From Eledone cirrhosa (lineage: Eukaryota), in the NCBI GenBank assembly GCA_964016885.1, contig OZ024760.1, positions 1,612,001 to 1,676,000 on the forward strand: a DNA stretch of 64,000 nt. The letters are read 5' to 3'. The notes under the pieces are model-generated. The model saw only the letters and a program-made list of their open reading frames with translations, had not been told where the DNA came from and ran no database searches. The translations under genes were made by a program, and so were the position numbers. The first letter of the stretch is position 1. Every line of letters starts with the position of its first letter. Below, piece by piece: positions 28,428 to 40,557 of this stretch.

Positions 28428-28608
28428 TCACGCTCCCATCATCTTCTTGACTGTGTAACCGGGCATGGAGTAGAAAAATAATGCCAACACTAGGACCAGC
28501 AAGATAAATATGATAATCTTCAAGATCATCCATTTGTAGTTGTGCCATAGAATATATCGGATTGATTTGAGAGGATTCAGGAACCAAATAAATGAGGAGT
28601 CTGGCCGG
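28428..28608 (-). CDS. OTOF: Otoferlin-like ferlin, last coding exon (C-terminal transmembrane anchor)
   Basis: After a ttcttctgcag acceptor, minus strand reads (phase 2) [59 protein letters not shown], matching my recollection of the otoferlin C-terminus ([14 protein letters not shown]...LYSVPGYLVKKILGA). Not in the ORF track. Confidence 0.93.
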
Positions 28609-28703
28609 CTGCAGAAGAAAAATATAATGAAATAAATTAGTTAAGAGAAAAATATAATTCTGTTCTATATTTTTGAAACAAGGAATTATTTACATTATAT
28701 ACA

Positions 28704-29271
28704 CTAGCAGAAAACCCACCCTTCGGGTGGTTTTCTGCTAGCTGCTCTAGTGTGTATATTGATATTATACATGTAGATATGATACATCAAATAAAATCGC
28801 CACCGGAAGTGTTGACATCACACACTCTCTCTTTCTATATATATGGTAGTTGAAGTGGTGGTGGTGGCAACGATATACCGGAAGTGGAATTTTGAAAAGA
28901 AGTCAATTTTAAATTATTTATTTTTACGAAATTATTTTTGTTTACAAAATTTAGTAGATAAATTATGTAATATTCTTTCATTATTTATTCAATGGGCGGT
29001 GGATTGGCAGTATCGGTAGAGGGTTGGACGCCATACTTTCTAGCATAGTTACGTCCCTTTACATTCTGAGTTCAAATCCCACCGAGGTTAACTTTGCCTT
29101 TCAACCTTACGGGGTCGATAAAATAAAGTACCAGTAATGTACTGAGTAATTGCTGGCCTTGTGCCTAAAGTAGAAACAATTATTTATTCAAAGTAATCCA
29201 ACTTATTTTACTAACGGGATAAAAAAATAAATAAACCGTACGCAGTCCCGCAGACCTTCCTTTATTATAGA
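28704..29271 (-). mobile_element. Non-autonomous Helitron in the last otoferlin intron
   Basis: Minus strand: A|TCTATAATAAAG...CCACCC gaa GGGTGG...CTAG|T, i.e. TC start, subterminal hairpin, CTAG end and AT target. Related + strand copy at ~619-1065. Confidence 0.8.
28993..29180 (+). mobile_element. tRNA-derived SINE (family B, Meta-like central domain) with target site duplication
   Basis: gcctttca.ccttacggggtcgataaaataaagtaccag core; flanked by ttatttattcaa. Other copies at ~7553, 10528(-), 31040, 38043, 44020, 45700(-), 51010, 53462 and 59644(-). Confidence 0.85.
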
Positions 29272-29325
29272 TAAAGATTGGACGGATAGGTGACCTGAAC
29301 AAGTGTTAATAATAACATCACTGGG

Positions 29326-29369
29326 ACACCTGATGAAGGCCGGACAGTACATCAGCCGAAACATTGTGT
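29326..29369 (+). ncRNA. Degenerate minimal hammerhead
   Basis: ACAC-CTGATGA-a-GGC...GCC-GAAAC-ATT^GTGT; stem III probably AACGTT with CpG decay. Flanked by 16-bp inverted repeats at 29277-29292/29392-29407. Confidence 0.65.
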
Positions 29370-30578
29370 TAATAACAAAACAAGATGAGGACACCTATCC
29401 GTCCAATGTATATAATGTAAAAATATAATTGTTTCTACTTTTGGCACAAGGCCAGCAATTTTCTAGGTATGAGAGGTGAGGTGAAAGTTGATTAGCTCTT
29501 CACATCCTATAATTGGCACAAGGTCAACAATTTTAAGAGGAGTGGAAAGTCAATTAAATTTACACCAGTAAGGATGAAAGGCAAAACTCATCTCAACAGG
29601 ATTTGAACTCAGAACCCCACAAGCACCCAGTTCAAAGGAGGAGTTCAGTATAGAGTTAGTTCCATTTGTATATCATCCTCATCATCATCATCTCAACTCT
29701 TGGAATCACACTTTTCATATATATAGTGCCAAGAAATCCCAGAAGAAGGAAGTCGCAGTCGAGCAAGACCACGAAAAACATGGGCGGAGGTGGTGAGAGC
29801 AGACCTCAGATCGCTGAAGCTCTCGGATGAGATGACAAAGGACCATGATGAATGGAGAGATGCTGTGCTGAATAGGACCCATCCCACCCTTGCAAGCAGG
29901 GAAAAGCAGACGTAAATGATGATGATGATGATGTAACATTGTTTTGAAAAAATTATATATGAAAAGTGTATATTTTTAAAGAGTGAAAAAAAAAATGTAT
30001 ATGAAAAGTGTAATTTTTTAAAAGCTGAAGAAACATGTATATGAAAAGTCTGTCTGGTTTTGAAGGGGTCATAAAAAATGTATATGAAAAGTGTGATTTC
30101 GAAAGATTTGAAAAAAAAATGTATATGAAAATTCTAATTTCTTAAAAGGTGAAAAAGAATGTATATGAAATGTTTGATTTCAAAGGAGTTGAAAAAATTA
30201 CACTTATTTTTTTCAATTCTTTTCAATTCAGATTTTTCTATACAATCTTTTTCACATTTTAAGAAATCTCACTCTCCATGGATATTTTTTCACATTTTAA
30301 GAAATAAACATGTAGTTACTTTATTTCATCAAACATCTAGTTAATGTCATTTTATTTAATCAAACATCTAGTTAGATTTTTCAAAGAATCGACTTTTTCC
30401 AATTTGCGGTTTTTTTTCTTCGCTTTTTCAATTTACTGTGAGCCTATGTGAAGGGAAAGAGTGTGGAGGGAAATAAAGTAGCTTATTCAAGGACCATGAT
30501 GCTCCACTGAGAATCGAATTCACAATAATAAGACCATAAGACAAATACCTTAACAACTTAACCTCATGTTCAAACTTA

Positions 30579-30731
<153 letters not shown>

Positions 30732-31288
30732 TTATTGTAAGTGGTCATTTAAAGTGGTTATAATCATTGGCTCAAGGTGGTGGTTGGGGTGGTGGTGGTT
30801 GTGGGGGTAGTATTAGTAGTAGTGGTGATAGTAGTAATAGTGGAGGTGGTAGTGATATTTGTAGTAGTTGTAGTTTCAGTGGTGGTAGTAGTAGTATTAG
30901 AGATGATAGTGATGGTAGCGATAGTTGTAGTAGTAAAATATGAAATATGTGGAGAAGAAGGTATACTATACAGAACTACTGTACTAATGTAGTAACTACT
31001 ACAATAGTACTAATATAGCACTATAGTACTATATTTGTAAAGGTGGCAAATTGGCAGAGTCGTTAGAACGTCGGATAGAATACTTTATGGTATTTCTTCC
31101 AGCTCTCTGAGTTCAAATCCCGCTGAGGTCAACTTTACCTTTCATCCTTTCGAGGTCAATGAAAAAAAAAGTACCAGTGATTCTTCCCCTCTATATCTTT
31201 CTCAATTCCTCTCTCTCACTCTCTATCTTTCTCTGGAAGAAATCTGCTGTTCTCAGGCCTGGAGAGGGATGAGCTCCGCCAGGCTTAA

Positions 31289-31503
31289 CCCTTTACCATT
31301 TACATATATATATACTATTATATTTTCATGGTAAAGGCTTTACCTCACATAATATCTCACATAATATCGAATCTATGAGATTTTGAAAGTATTTATTTTG
31401 AGAACAATACCTTAACACCAGTATGAGTGGCCAGTTACAGCCAGTTTCAATAGAAAGAGGTAGAGAATTCTGGCCGGTTTTGGCCGGTTTGAACATTAAA
31501 GGG
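31289..31503. mobile_element. piggyBac-type MITE (TTAA target)
   Basis: TTAA|CCCTTT...AAAGGG|TTAA. Other copies at ~4144-4343, 5005-5234, 6385-6590, 21673-21894 and 50280-50672. Confidence 0.85.
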
Positions 31504-32289
31504 TTAAAATGCCCAAGAAATGCCATATGTCAATAAGGTGCCATACGTACATACAAATATAATAGCAGTCTAGTACTGGGGTTAATTATTCCTCTATATC
31601 TCTTTCTCTAGAAGAAATCTACTGTACTCAGGACTGGAGGGGGAGGGGCTGTGCCAGGGTTAAAATGCCCAAGAAATGCTGTATGTCAATACAGCACTCC
31701 TGTGACTCTATCAGGAGTTATGGGCCATACCATACATACTATATTAGTACTGTTCTCTCCCTAACATGTCTCTCTTCCAGTCTTTCTCGCTCTATTTTAC
31801 TCTCTATCTCTGCCTTCCCCCTCGTCCTCACCCCCATCTCCTCTTTCCTGTGACTGTCTTTCACATTCTACTTCACCCCCCCCCCCCCTCTACCGTGCCC
31901 CCGCCCCCCCGCTCTCATTCTCCTCCCTTTCTCCTGTGCCTATCTCTCTCTATCTTGGCATATCTCTCCTCTCTCTCTATCCACACACTGCATCATGTAT
32001 GTATGTATGTATGCATGTACATATATATGTATGTGTGTATGCAAGTATGCACGTATGTGTGTGCGTGTGTGTATGTATGCATGCATGTATGTATATGTGT
32101 ATGTATGCATGCATGTGTGTGTGTGTATGTATACATGCATGCATATATGTATGTACGTATATATGTATATGTTGTCTGTATGCAAGTATGCACGTATGTG
32201 TGTATGTATGTATATGTTGTGTGTATGCAAGTATGCAGGTATGTGTGTATGTATGTATAGTTGTGTGTATGCAAGTATGCACGTGTGTA

Positions 32290-32320
<31 letters not shown>

Positions 32321-32910
32321 AACCTGAGACCAACATGAGACTACTGCGTTTCTATGGCTAGAGTTACATTGTAAGATGATATATCTAGCTACACACCATG
32401 TGATGGTGGGAGGAGGGGGAGAGAATGACTAAAGGAAGGAGAAAGGAAGTGAGATATATATAGAGAGAAGGAGAGGGGGAGGGAGGGCGATCTTGAATGC
32501 AAAGTTGGAGAGAGAGAGTGTGTCCTAAAAAGAAAGACAGAGGGGTAGGGAAGTGAGCAGAGTGTCATGAAGAAGAAGAAGGCAAAGAAGAAGGAGGAGG
32601 AGGATGTGTCCTAATGTTTATTGCCACTGCCTCTGTTATGGAATTAAATTCTGAGAAATATATGTTAGTAGTGGTAGTAGTAGTGGTGGTGGTGGTAGTA
32701 GTGGTAGTGGTGGTATTAGTAGTAGTGGTGGTGGTGGTAGTAGTGGTAGTGGTGGTGTTAGTAGTAGTGGTGGTGGTGGTGGTGGTGGTGGTGGTAGTAG
32801 TAGTGGTGGTGGTAGTATGTATTAGTGGTGGTGGTGGTAGTAGGAGTAGAAGAGGGGTTCAATACTAAAAGACCAACAACAAGAAAGATATATATACATA
32901 TATATATATA

Positions 32911-32991
32911 TATTGGGTCGTCAAATATGAAAATTTGTAGAAATTTGTAGAAAAAAACATTTCTACAAATTTCATACTTGACGACCCAATA
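32911..32991. mobile_element. Tiny mariner-like MITE
   Basis: TATTGGGTCGTCAA...TTGACGACCCAATA; shorter copy at 27754-27797. Confidence 0.7.
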
Positions 32992-33234
32992 TATATATAT
33001 AAGGAACGATCGACTTTCGTCAAATCGGACCGAGGGAACAATGTTTCCGTCGGTCTTTCCAATTGCTAATACTATCTATCGGTCGCAACTCCAGGTAGAA
33101 GGAGCAACGTGAAATAAAGAGTCTTGCTCGAGGACATAACGCATCACCTGGTCCAGGAATCGAACTCACAACCTTACGATTGCGAATCCAATTCTCTAAC
33201 CACTCAGCCACACGCCTTCACTTAATATATATAT

Positions 33235-33411
<177 letters not shown>

Positions 33412-33464
33412 TATATTTTCAGCCCCATGGATTTTGTCTATTATATTCCTTTGTTACATTTAAA

Positions 33465-33522
33465 ATACCTGATGATGTCACCGGATTCATACTGAACCCG
33501 GTCATTGAAATGATCATGGTAT
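33465..33522 (+). ncRNA. Degenerate minimal hammerhead
   Basis: ATAC-CTGATGA...ACCGG/CCGGT stem II...GAAA-TGATCA-TG^GTAT. The cleavage base is G, so probably inactive. Confidence 0.62.
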
Positions 33523-33577
33523 AATAAACCTTTCAAGGAATTACACAAGTCCTGCCACCTGTTATTTTATTTTATAT

Positions 33578-33648
<71 letters not shown>

Positions 33649-33656
<8 letters not shown>

Positions 33657-33946
33657 TTAAAAAAATATATGATCAACACTACTGTGTTTTTTTTGCAAAA
33701 TGACAATAATTATTTAGCCAGATAGAAATACCTTAATTCAAGTACATATAGTCCGTCTGTATCGATCTAGAGTATATTAAATATTAAATCTATACTTACA
33801 GACGTAAAATGGCAACTATATTCTCTAGATCGATACAGACGGACTATATGTACTTGAATTAAGGTATTTCTATCTGGCTAAATAATTATTGTCATTTTGC
33901 AAAAAAAACACAGTAGTGTTGATCATATATTTTTTTAAATTATAAT
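33649..33946. repeat. Inverted repeat (124-bp arms, 50-nt loop)
   Basis: 33649-33772/33823-33946, directly after a (TA)n tract. Confidence 0.95.
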
Positions 33947-34497
33947 GTAATGCTCAGAAGTATTTTCTTAGAGCTTAATATTTGTAACTGACTACTAAAC
34001 TGAAATATATATATATATATAGGTTGTGAGTTCAATTCTCAGACCGGGTGATGTGTTGTTTCCTTGAGCAAGACACTTTATTTCACATTGCTCCAGTTTA
34101 CTCAGCTGTAGAAATGAGATGATAGGGACTGGGGTCCCTATCATTCCACTGCAAAGTGATTGTGGAGGTGCCACGGCAAAAAAGCACCCAGCACTCACTG
34201 TAAATGAGGTTGGTGTTAGGAAGGGCATCCAGCTGTAGAAATCAAGCCAGAATCAGTTCCCGTCCCACCCTTGCAAGCAGGGAAAAGCGGACGTAAAATG
34301 ATGATGATGATATATATATTATATATATAAAATATTTGTAAATCAAACTTTAGCTGTACTGTCCGCACCTTGTATATATATACACACACACATATATATA
34401 TACACACATATATACACATATATATATATTTATACATGCTATGTGTAACGTAATTGCAAAGGAAAAAAGAGTGCTCTATGTATAGAACAGAACTATT

Positions 34498-34718
34498 TAA
34501 TTAGAAAGTGAACAACACAGAATATAACTAATCCATTACCAAAGGTTTCTGGATCTCAGACGATAATAATATATATGTCTGGATCGTTTGTCAGATGTTA
34601 TAGATAAAATATATCTTTTATCTGACAAACGATCCAGACGTATATATTATTATCGTGTGTGACCCAGAAACCTTTGGTAATGGATTAGTTATATTCTGTG
34701 TTGTTCACTTTCTAATTA
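34498..34718. repeat. Inverted repeat (99-bp arms) carrying a mutated HHR in each arm
   Basis: 34498-34596/34620-34718; TTTAT-CTGACAA...GAAA-CCTTTGG-TA^ATGGA. Confidence 0.9.
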
Positions 34719-34857
34719 TATATATATAAACTTAGCTGCTATTGTTAGTGGTGTGAGTTTGTGAGACATGCTAAGTTCCGATACCATGTGCGTTATTATA
34801 TATACGCACACTATTCAGTTTTTTAATATACTTAGAAGTGATCAGGATACTAATTCT

Positions 34858-34937
34858 TCATCCACTGATGAGCAAGAATAGGTATTCCTCTTCACAATTA
34901 ATTTGCGAAACAGCATAGCCAAACGCTGTCTGGGTGA
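34858..34937 (+). ncRNA. Canonical type I hammerhead ribozyme
   Basis: Stem I TCATCCA/TGGGTGA; CTGATGA (34865); stem II GCAA/TTGC; GAAA (34907); stem III ACAGC/GCTGT; GTC at 34928-34930. Confidence 0.87.
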
Positions 34938-35086
34938 TTGGTAGTTACCACAATTCCGGTTTGTATTTATTTTCTTGATTTATTCTTAAATTGAGTCTGG
35001 CAAACCCTATTGTCTATAGTTAGTATTCTTTTCACCTTAGCAAATCTGGTCCCTTACGATTTGAACACATATATGTATATATCTGT

Positions 35087-35293
35087 AATTAGAAAATAGA
35101 ATAGCTTTCACTGTATTTTTTGACTAAAGAAATTTTAGTCTGATAATGGGGTTTAGAACCTTCAGATAAATGGAAAAAGATGAGTATTGTCAATACTCAT
35201 CTTTTTCCATTTATCTGAAGGTTCTAAACCCCATTATCAGACTAAAATTTCTTTAGTCAAAAAATACGGTGAAAGCTATTCTATTTTCTAATT
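35087..35293. repeat. Near-perfect palindrome (103-bp arms, 1-nt centre at 35190)
   Basis: ...atgagtattg-t-caatactcat... Confidence 0.95.
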
Positions 35294-35481
35294 TCACACC
35301 TGCCCACTGTTTCAAAACATATTTATTTGTATATATCTGTGTTTATCTTTCTTTTATATTCTATTATAATATACGGCTCGGAAAAATCTCTTTCCTAGAG
35401 CTATTTTATTGTAAGAGACTATTTTGAGTTTCTAACTCAATATATACCTTTTGATACACATATATATATATATATATATAT

Positions 35482-35953
35482 TAATAATATATATGCAGTA
35501 AGAAACACAGTAAACCGTGTGTCTAATATTACAAGGGTTGAAAAACCTTTCATTTACATTTCTGCTCCCTCACAAGTCGAGCTTATTAAGTTGTGTGTGT
35601 TGGACTGTTGTTTCTATTCAATACACGCTTACCACGTTTGACTAGCAGCGCACGAGGTGATAAATTTCATCTTTCTGTGTGAACGTTGGTACATAGTGTT
35701 AGTCGCATTTAATCAGATTCTCTCGCTGATGATGCCCAAGGATTATCTGTTACAAACACACTCAGGGCGAAACAGATTAGGGATAATCTGTCCGAGAGAT
35801 ATAATGGTTATTGAGGTGGTTTGTATAATAATATATTTTTATTTTATCATTCTGTCTGCTTCTTGGTTAAATATTTCAAACAAATGTGGTTTTTCAACCC
35901 TTGTAATATTAGACACATGGTTTACTGTGTTTCTTACTGCATATATATTATTA
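35482..35953. mobile_element. Mini-element with 66-bp inverted termini enclosing an intact HHR
   Basis: 35482-35547 is the reverse complement of 35888-35953; HHR at 35719-35799. Confidence 0.8.
35719..35799 (+). ncRNA. Canonical type I hammerhead ribozyme
   Basis: Stem I TCTCTCG/CGAGAGA; CTGATGA (35726); stem II GCCC/GGGC; GAAA (35769); stem III ACAGATTA-GGGA-TAATCTGT; GTC triplet at 35790-35792. Confidence 0.9.
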
Positions 35954-36621
35954 TACGGCTCAGTATTTTATACTTGGAGCTTAATAGTTACAGGGTTTCA
36001 ATTGGAGTTTTAACTCTAATTTTCATTTATATATATATATATATATATATTGATTGTCTGAGTTTCTGGGACTGGGAAGACCACCAAATCACAGAAGTAC
36101 TGAATACATGGTATGATACAGAAAGGCAATATTAGTAAAAGTAGAGGATCTACCAAGAGCTCAGTGGTTCGGCTTTGCCTTTCATTAGTAAAATTAATAT
36201 AAATTACTATAAATTAATATAAATTACAGTACCTGGGTGGATAGAGTCAAATTTTCCCCCTCCTTCCCACAAAAGGTCTGAACTTGTGTCGATGATCGAA
36301 ACCATTATAGCAACAAAGCTGTTATATACACAACTTACTTAATCTAATAAACACACATTTAATTACATATACGTGTTATTATACACAGCATTATATTAAA
36401 CAGCAATCTTCGGAAGTACAAGGGTTTAAATATTACAAGAGAAAAACAAGAGAAAAAAACAAACAAACTTGTGTATAATTATATTATGAAACTTAATAGT
36501 GAAAACTGAGAAACCACTCACTGCTGTCTCTCTCCACACCCCACCATATATATATATGTGTGTGTGTGTGCGTGAGTATATATATATATATAATAAGCAG
36601 ATACAGATATATATGTGTGTG

Positions 36622-36653
<32 letters not shown>

Positions 36654-37547
36654 AATTCAAGAGGTAAACAGAAATAAAGCAAACATCATCATGAAGAAAT
36701 ATATTACATAAACACTATATATATATATATATATATGGTGGCTGCCAACTCGTTTTCGAGTACGGCCACTACTTTATATCCATGTAGGAGAACCCCTACT
36801 GATGCGCTGAACGAGTGTGACTTTTTAGTCCAGCCAGCGACTTGAAAACTCTGGTACAAACACTACACTTGTGACAATTATTGACGCATAGTGCTGGGCT
36901 CATGGTACCATGTGACGACAAGTGCAGAGAGATCTCCAGATATAAAGCAATGCCTGTGCCGTGAAGCTTTTATAGTGAGCAAAGGCACTGCACAAAGCCA
37001 GTCCCACTCTCTTAACCAAGATGATATTTACCAAAAAGAAGACAAGTCAACATCATTGGATACCATCAGCGTTGCAGGTGTTATATCAGAGTTTTCCTTC
37101 TCCTAGAATTCTGCCTTGCCAAAGGCTAAGGGGTCATCTCTCCCGGTGATTTTGGATGGTCATTGAGCTCCTTTGCTCTTTGACAGGTTTTGTTTTTAGT
37201 CCTGCAGGATGTCCAAAGTCACCCTCCTCACCAAGAAACCTTGGTGGGGTTGCCAGTTTAGTCGCCAACAACCCAACCATGAGACAGGTTGTACTGTGTG
37301 TATATATATATACACACACACATACCGTCGAAACGGCTTGAGCTCAGCCGTCGGGGTCCTACTCGTTCCTATTACCCACTCTACTACCCTAAGTATTGAG
37401 TACTTTGGTGCGTTATGGTCCATCTGGTTCCTTACCACATTTCCTTCGTTATATATATATACAAATTTCCATACATACATTTGTAAATTTATAGATATTT
37501 TTATATATACATATACATATATATATGTCTGTATATATGTATGTGTC

Positions 37548-37578
<31 letters not shown>

Positions 37579-37846
37579 TGACGCTATAGTCACTTATATA
37601 TTATGGAATACTGTTGGCTTCTTGCGACAATGTTTTCTATACCTTTCATTTATATATATATATATATATCCTCATTATACTCCTCCCCCTCCACTTTTTA
37701 CTCTCATCTCCTCCTCTTTTTCATCCCCCCCCCCTTCAAAAAAATTGTTTTCCCAATATCACACATCAATCTAAAACTACTTTTCATATGTTGATTTAAA
37801 ACTGCACTATTCACAAGTGTTTTTTAACCTTCATATCATGTCTCCC

Positions 37847-37917
37847 TATTTTATCTGACGAAAACGCAAATGTTATTGCATGATGATATTTGTTTTTGAA
37901 ATGCGCATAATAAAATA
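37847..37917 (+). ncRNA. Minimal type I hammerhead ribozyme
   Basis: Stem I TATTTTAT/ATAAAATA; CTGACGA; long stem II (GCAAATGTTATT/GATGATATTTGT); GAAA; palindromic stem III ATGCGCAT; ATA triplet. Confidence 0.82.
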
Positions 37918-37955
37918 CATGGAACTCTTTTAACCATCTTTTGATCTTATATATA

Positions 37956-37997
<42 letters not shown>

Positions 37998-38798
37998 AAA
38001 AAGCAAGTAAGCTACATATATATGTATGCATCAGTTCTAGAAGGCAGTGAAATGGCAGAGTCTTTAGAACATCAAATAGAATACTTTATGGTATTTGTTC
38101 CAGCTCTCTGATTTCTCTAAGTTCAAATCCCGCCGAGGTCAACTTTACCTCTCATCCTTTTGAGGTTGATAAGAAAAGTACCAGTGAAGTACTGGGGTTG
38201 ATTCTTCCACTATATCTCTTTCTTATTTCCTCTCTCTCACTTTCTATCTTTCTCTGGAAGAAATCTGCTGTACTCAGACCTGGAGCGGGATGAGCTCCGC
38301 CAGGCTTAAAATGCTCAAGAAACGCCATATGTCAATACAGTGGCCCTATGACTCATTCAGGAGTTACGGAACCATACATACTATAGATGTAATATGTATG
38401 TGAGTATATATATATATATATATATATAGTTATAGAGGTGTGTATATACATTTTAATTTATATTTTTAATTATTGTGTGTCTACCCTTCCTTCCATAGAT
38501 TATAGACTCCATACACTGGCGGTTTTCCCTGTTTTATTGATGGCACACTATCTCTCTTTAGTGTGTAACCTTTTCAACATATTGTATATATAATTATATA
38601 TATATACATATAATTATATGTATGTATTAATATAATTTGTTGTATTTGGAGAGGGCTAATCTACAAATACACATACAGTTACTAATTGTAAATACTCGAT
38701 TATTAATTAATTTATGAACAAAAAGTTAATTATACTAGAGTGTGTGTTTTTATGAGTGTTTATTGTCAGAGTGACACTCCTCAGATTTACACCAGGAA

Positions 38799-39919
38799 TC
38801 ATCATCATCATCATCATCATCGTTTAACATCCATCTTCCACGCTTGCATGGGTTTGGACGGGAGGTTTCCCACTTGAGGCAAGATTTGTTGTCCTGCTCG
38901 TATAGGAGTGTCTGGCGGGTTTTCTACGGCTGGATGCCCTTCCTAACACCAACCACGTTTACAGTGTGGAACTGGGAGGTTTTTACCGTGTTACCTACGC
39001 GACCACATTACAGCGTGGACTGTGTGTTTTTTTGTCGTGACACCTACACAACCTCATTTGTTTCGGGCTGGATGTTGTGGTACCAACATAACTTCACATT
39101 TAAGGGTATGGATGGGGTGGGGGTAGTGGGACGGGGGTGTATTTTGTTAGAGGTGCCTACTGACTGTAGGTTTCAGTTTGTACTTAGGCAAGGCGGGTCT
39201 TCTGTATTACTGTGTAGCGCCGAAGATCTCGGTCCAGTGTAAGTGTGTGAGGTCGAAATTTATCAAGTCGTCCCAGGTTTTTCTGGGTCTGCCTACTCCG
39301 TGGCTACTGTCTATTTTTATCGCCCTGCACTTTTTTATACAGCTGGTGTCTTTCATGCGCATCACGTGACCATACCAACATAGTCTTCTCTCGAGTAAAC
39401 AACATCTGATCCCTCTTATTTCTAATTTCTCCCTTAGTTCGTTTATGCTTTGCCGTTCACGTATATTACTATTACACATCCAGCGGAGCATGCAAGCTTC
39501 GTTTCTCTCCAGTCTCCGTATATCCTCTGCATACAAGGCCCATGTCTCACTGCCATGTAACATTGCTGTTCGTATGCAGGCATCATACAGCCTGCCTTTC
39601 ATTTTTAGAGAGAACCCTTTAGCGGCCAATAGTGGTATAAGCTCTCTGAACTTTTTCCATCCCGTTCTGACTCTAGCTACTGTACTTTCAGAGCACCCTC
39701 CCCCACTGCTGATTTTGTCACCCAGGTAACAGAAAGTGTCCACTATTTCTATAGTACCATCTGTGCAATGGAATGAGCTAGTATTCTGTGGGCACTTGTG
39801 CTACTTATTGCACCAGAGCACCGGCCACATATAAAATCTATATTCTTAGTTAGCTTACCTGTGATCCCACTACATCTTTTATGCACCCATAAAATGGAGT
39901 TTCTGCCTACTCCTTTCCT

Positions 39920-39924
<5 letters not shown>
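38799..39924 (-). mobile_element. RTE LINE 3' fragment, same family as 13861-15817
   Basis: Near-identical protein (FCYLGDKISSGGG...GRPRKTW) and 3' UTR. Confidence 0.92.
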
Positions 39925-39967
<43 letters not shown>

Positions 39968-40057
39968 ATAATAATAAATTTGAAGACTAAAATCCAAAGA
40001 GGGCTCGATAAGGATAAATATATATCAAATATATAAGAGCCGTAGAGTAAATATATA

Positions 40058-40157
<100 letters not shown>

Positions 40158-40212
40158 GTGAGTTTTTTTTTACAAAATGAAAAATAACCGAGGTGTCCTA
40201 CACGAGTGAAAG

Positions 40213-40490
40213 TATAAGGAAAAAAGATGAAATCGAAAATGCAACTGGAGTCTTATTTAAAAAAATATATATATATTTATTTGGTTCCTTTACCGTTTTC
40301 CCAGTTCTTCTGCTTTTCGAAGGGGTCTGTGGTTTTTTTCACAGATGTGAGGAAAACCACAGACCCTCCATCTCAACTCTACTTTTGAAAAGCAGAAGAA
40401 CTGCGAAACCGGTAAAGGAACCAAATAAATATATATATTTTTTTTAAAGAAGACTCCAGTTGCATTTTCAATTCAATATTTTTCCTTATA
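40213..40490. repeat. Inverted repeat (~105-bp arms) with inner hairpin and degenerate HHR
   Basis: Arms ~40213-40322/40383-40490; inner gggtctgtggtttt/aaaaccacagaccc; GCAG aagaa CTGC-GAAA-CCGG-TA^AAGG. Confidence 0.85.
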
Positions 40491-40523
40491 TATATAAATA
40501 TATATATATACATACATATATAC

Positions 40524-40556
<33 letters not shown>

Positions 40557-40557
<1 letters not shown>

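Noticed and set aside
35205-35285. CTGAAGG...GAAAGCTA inside the 35087 palindrome
   Set aside because: Core is off consensus and stems I and II do not pair.
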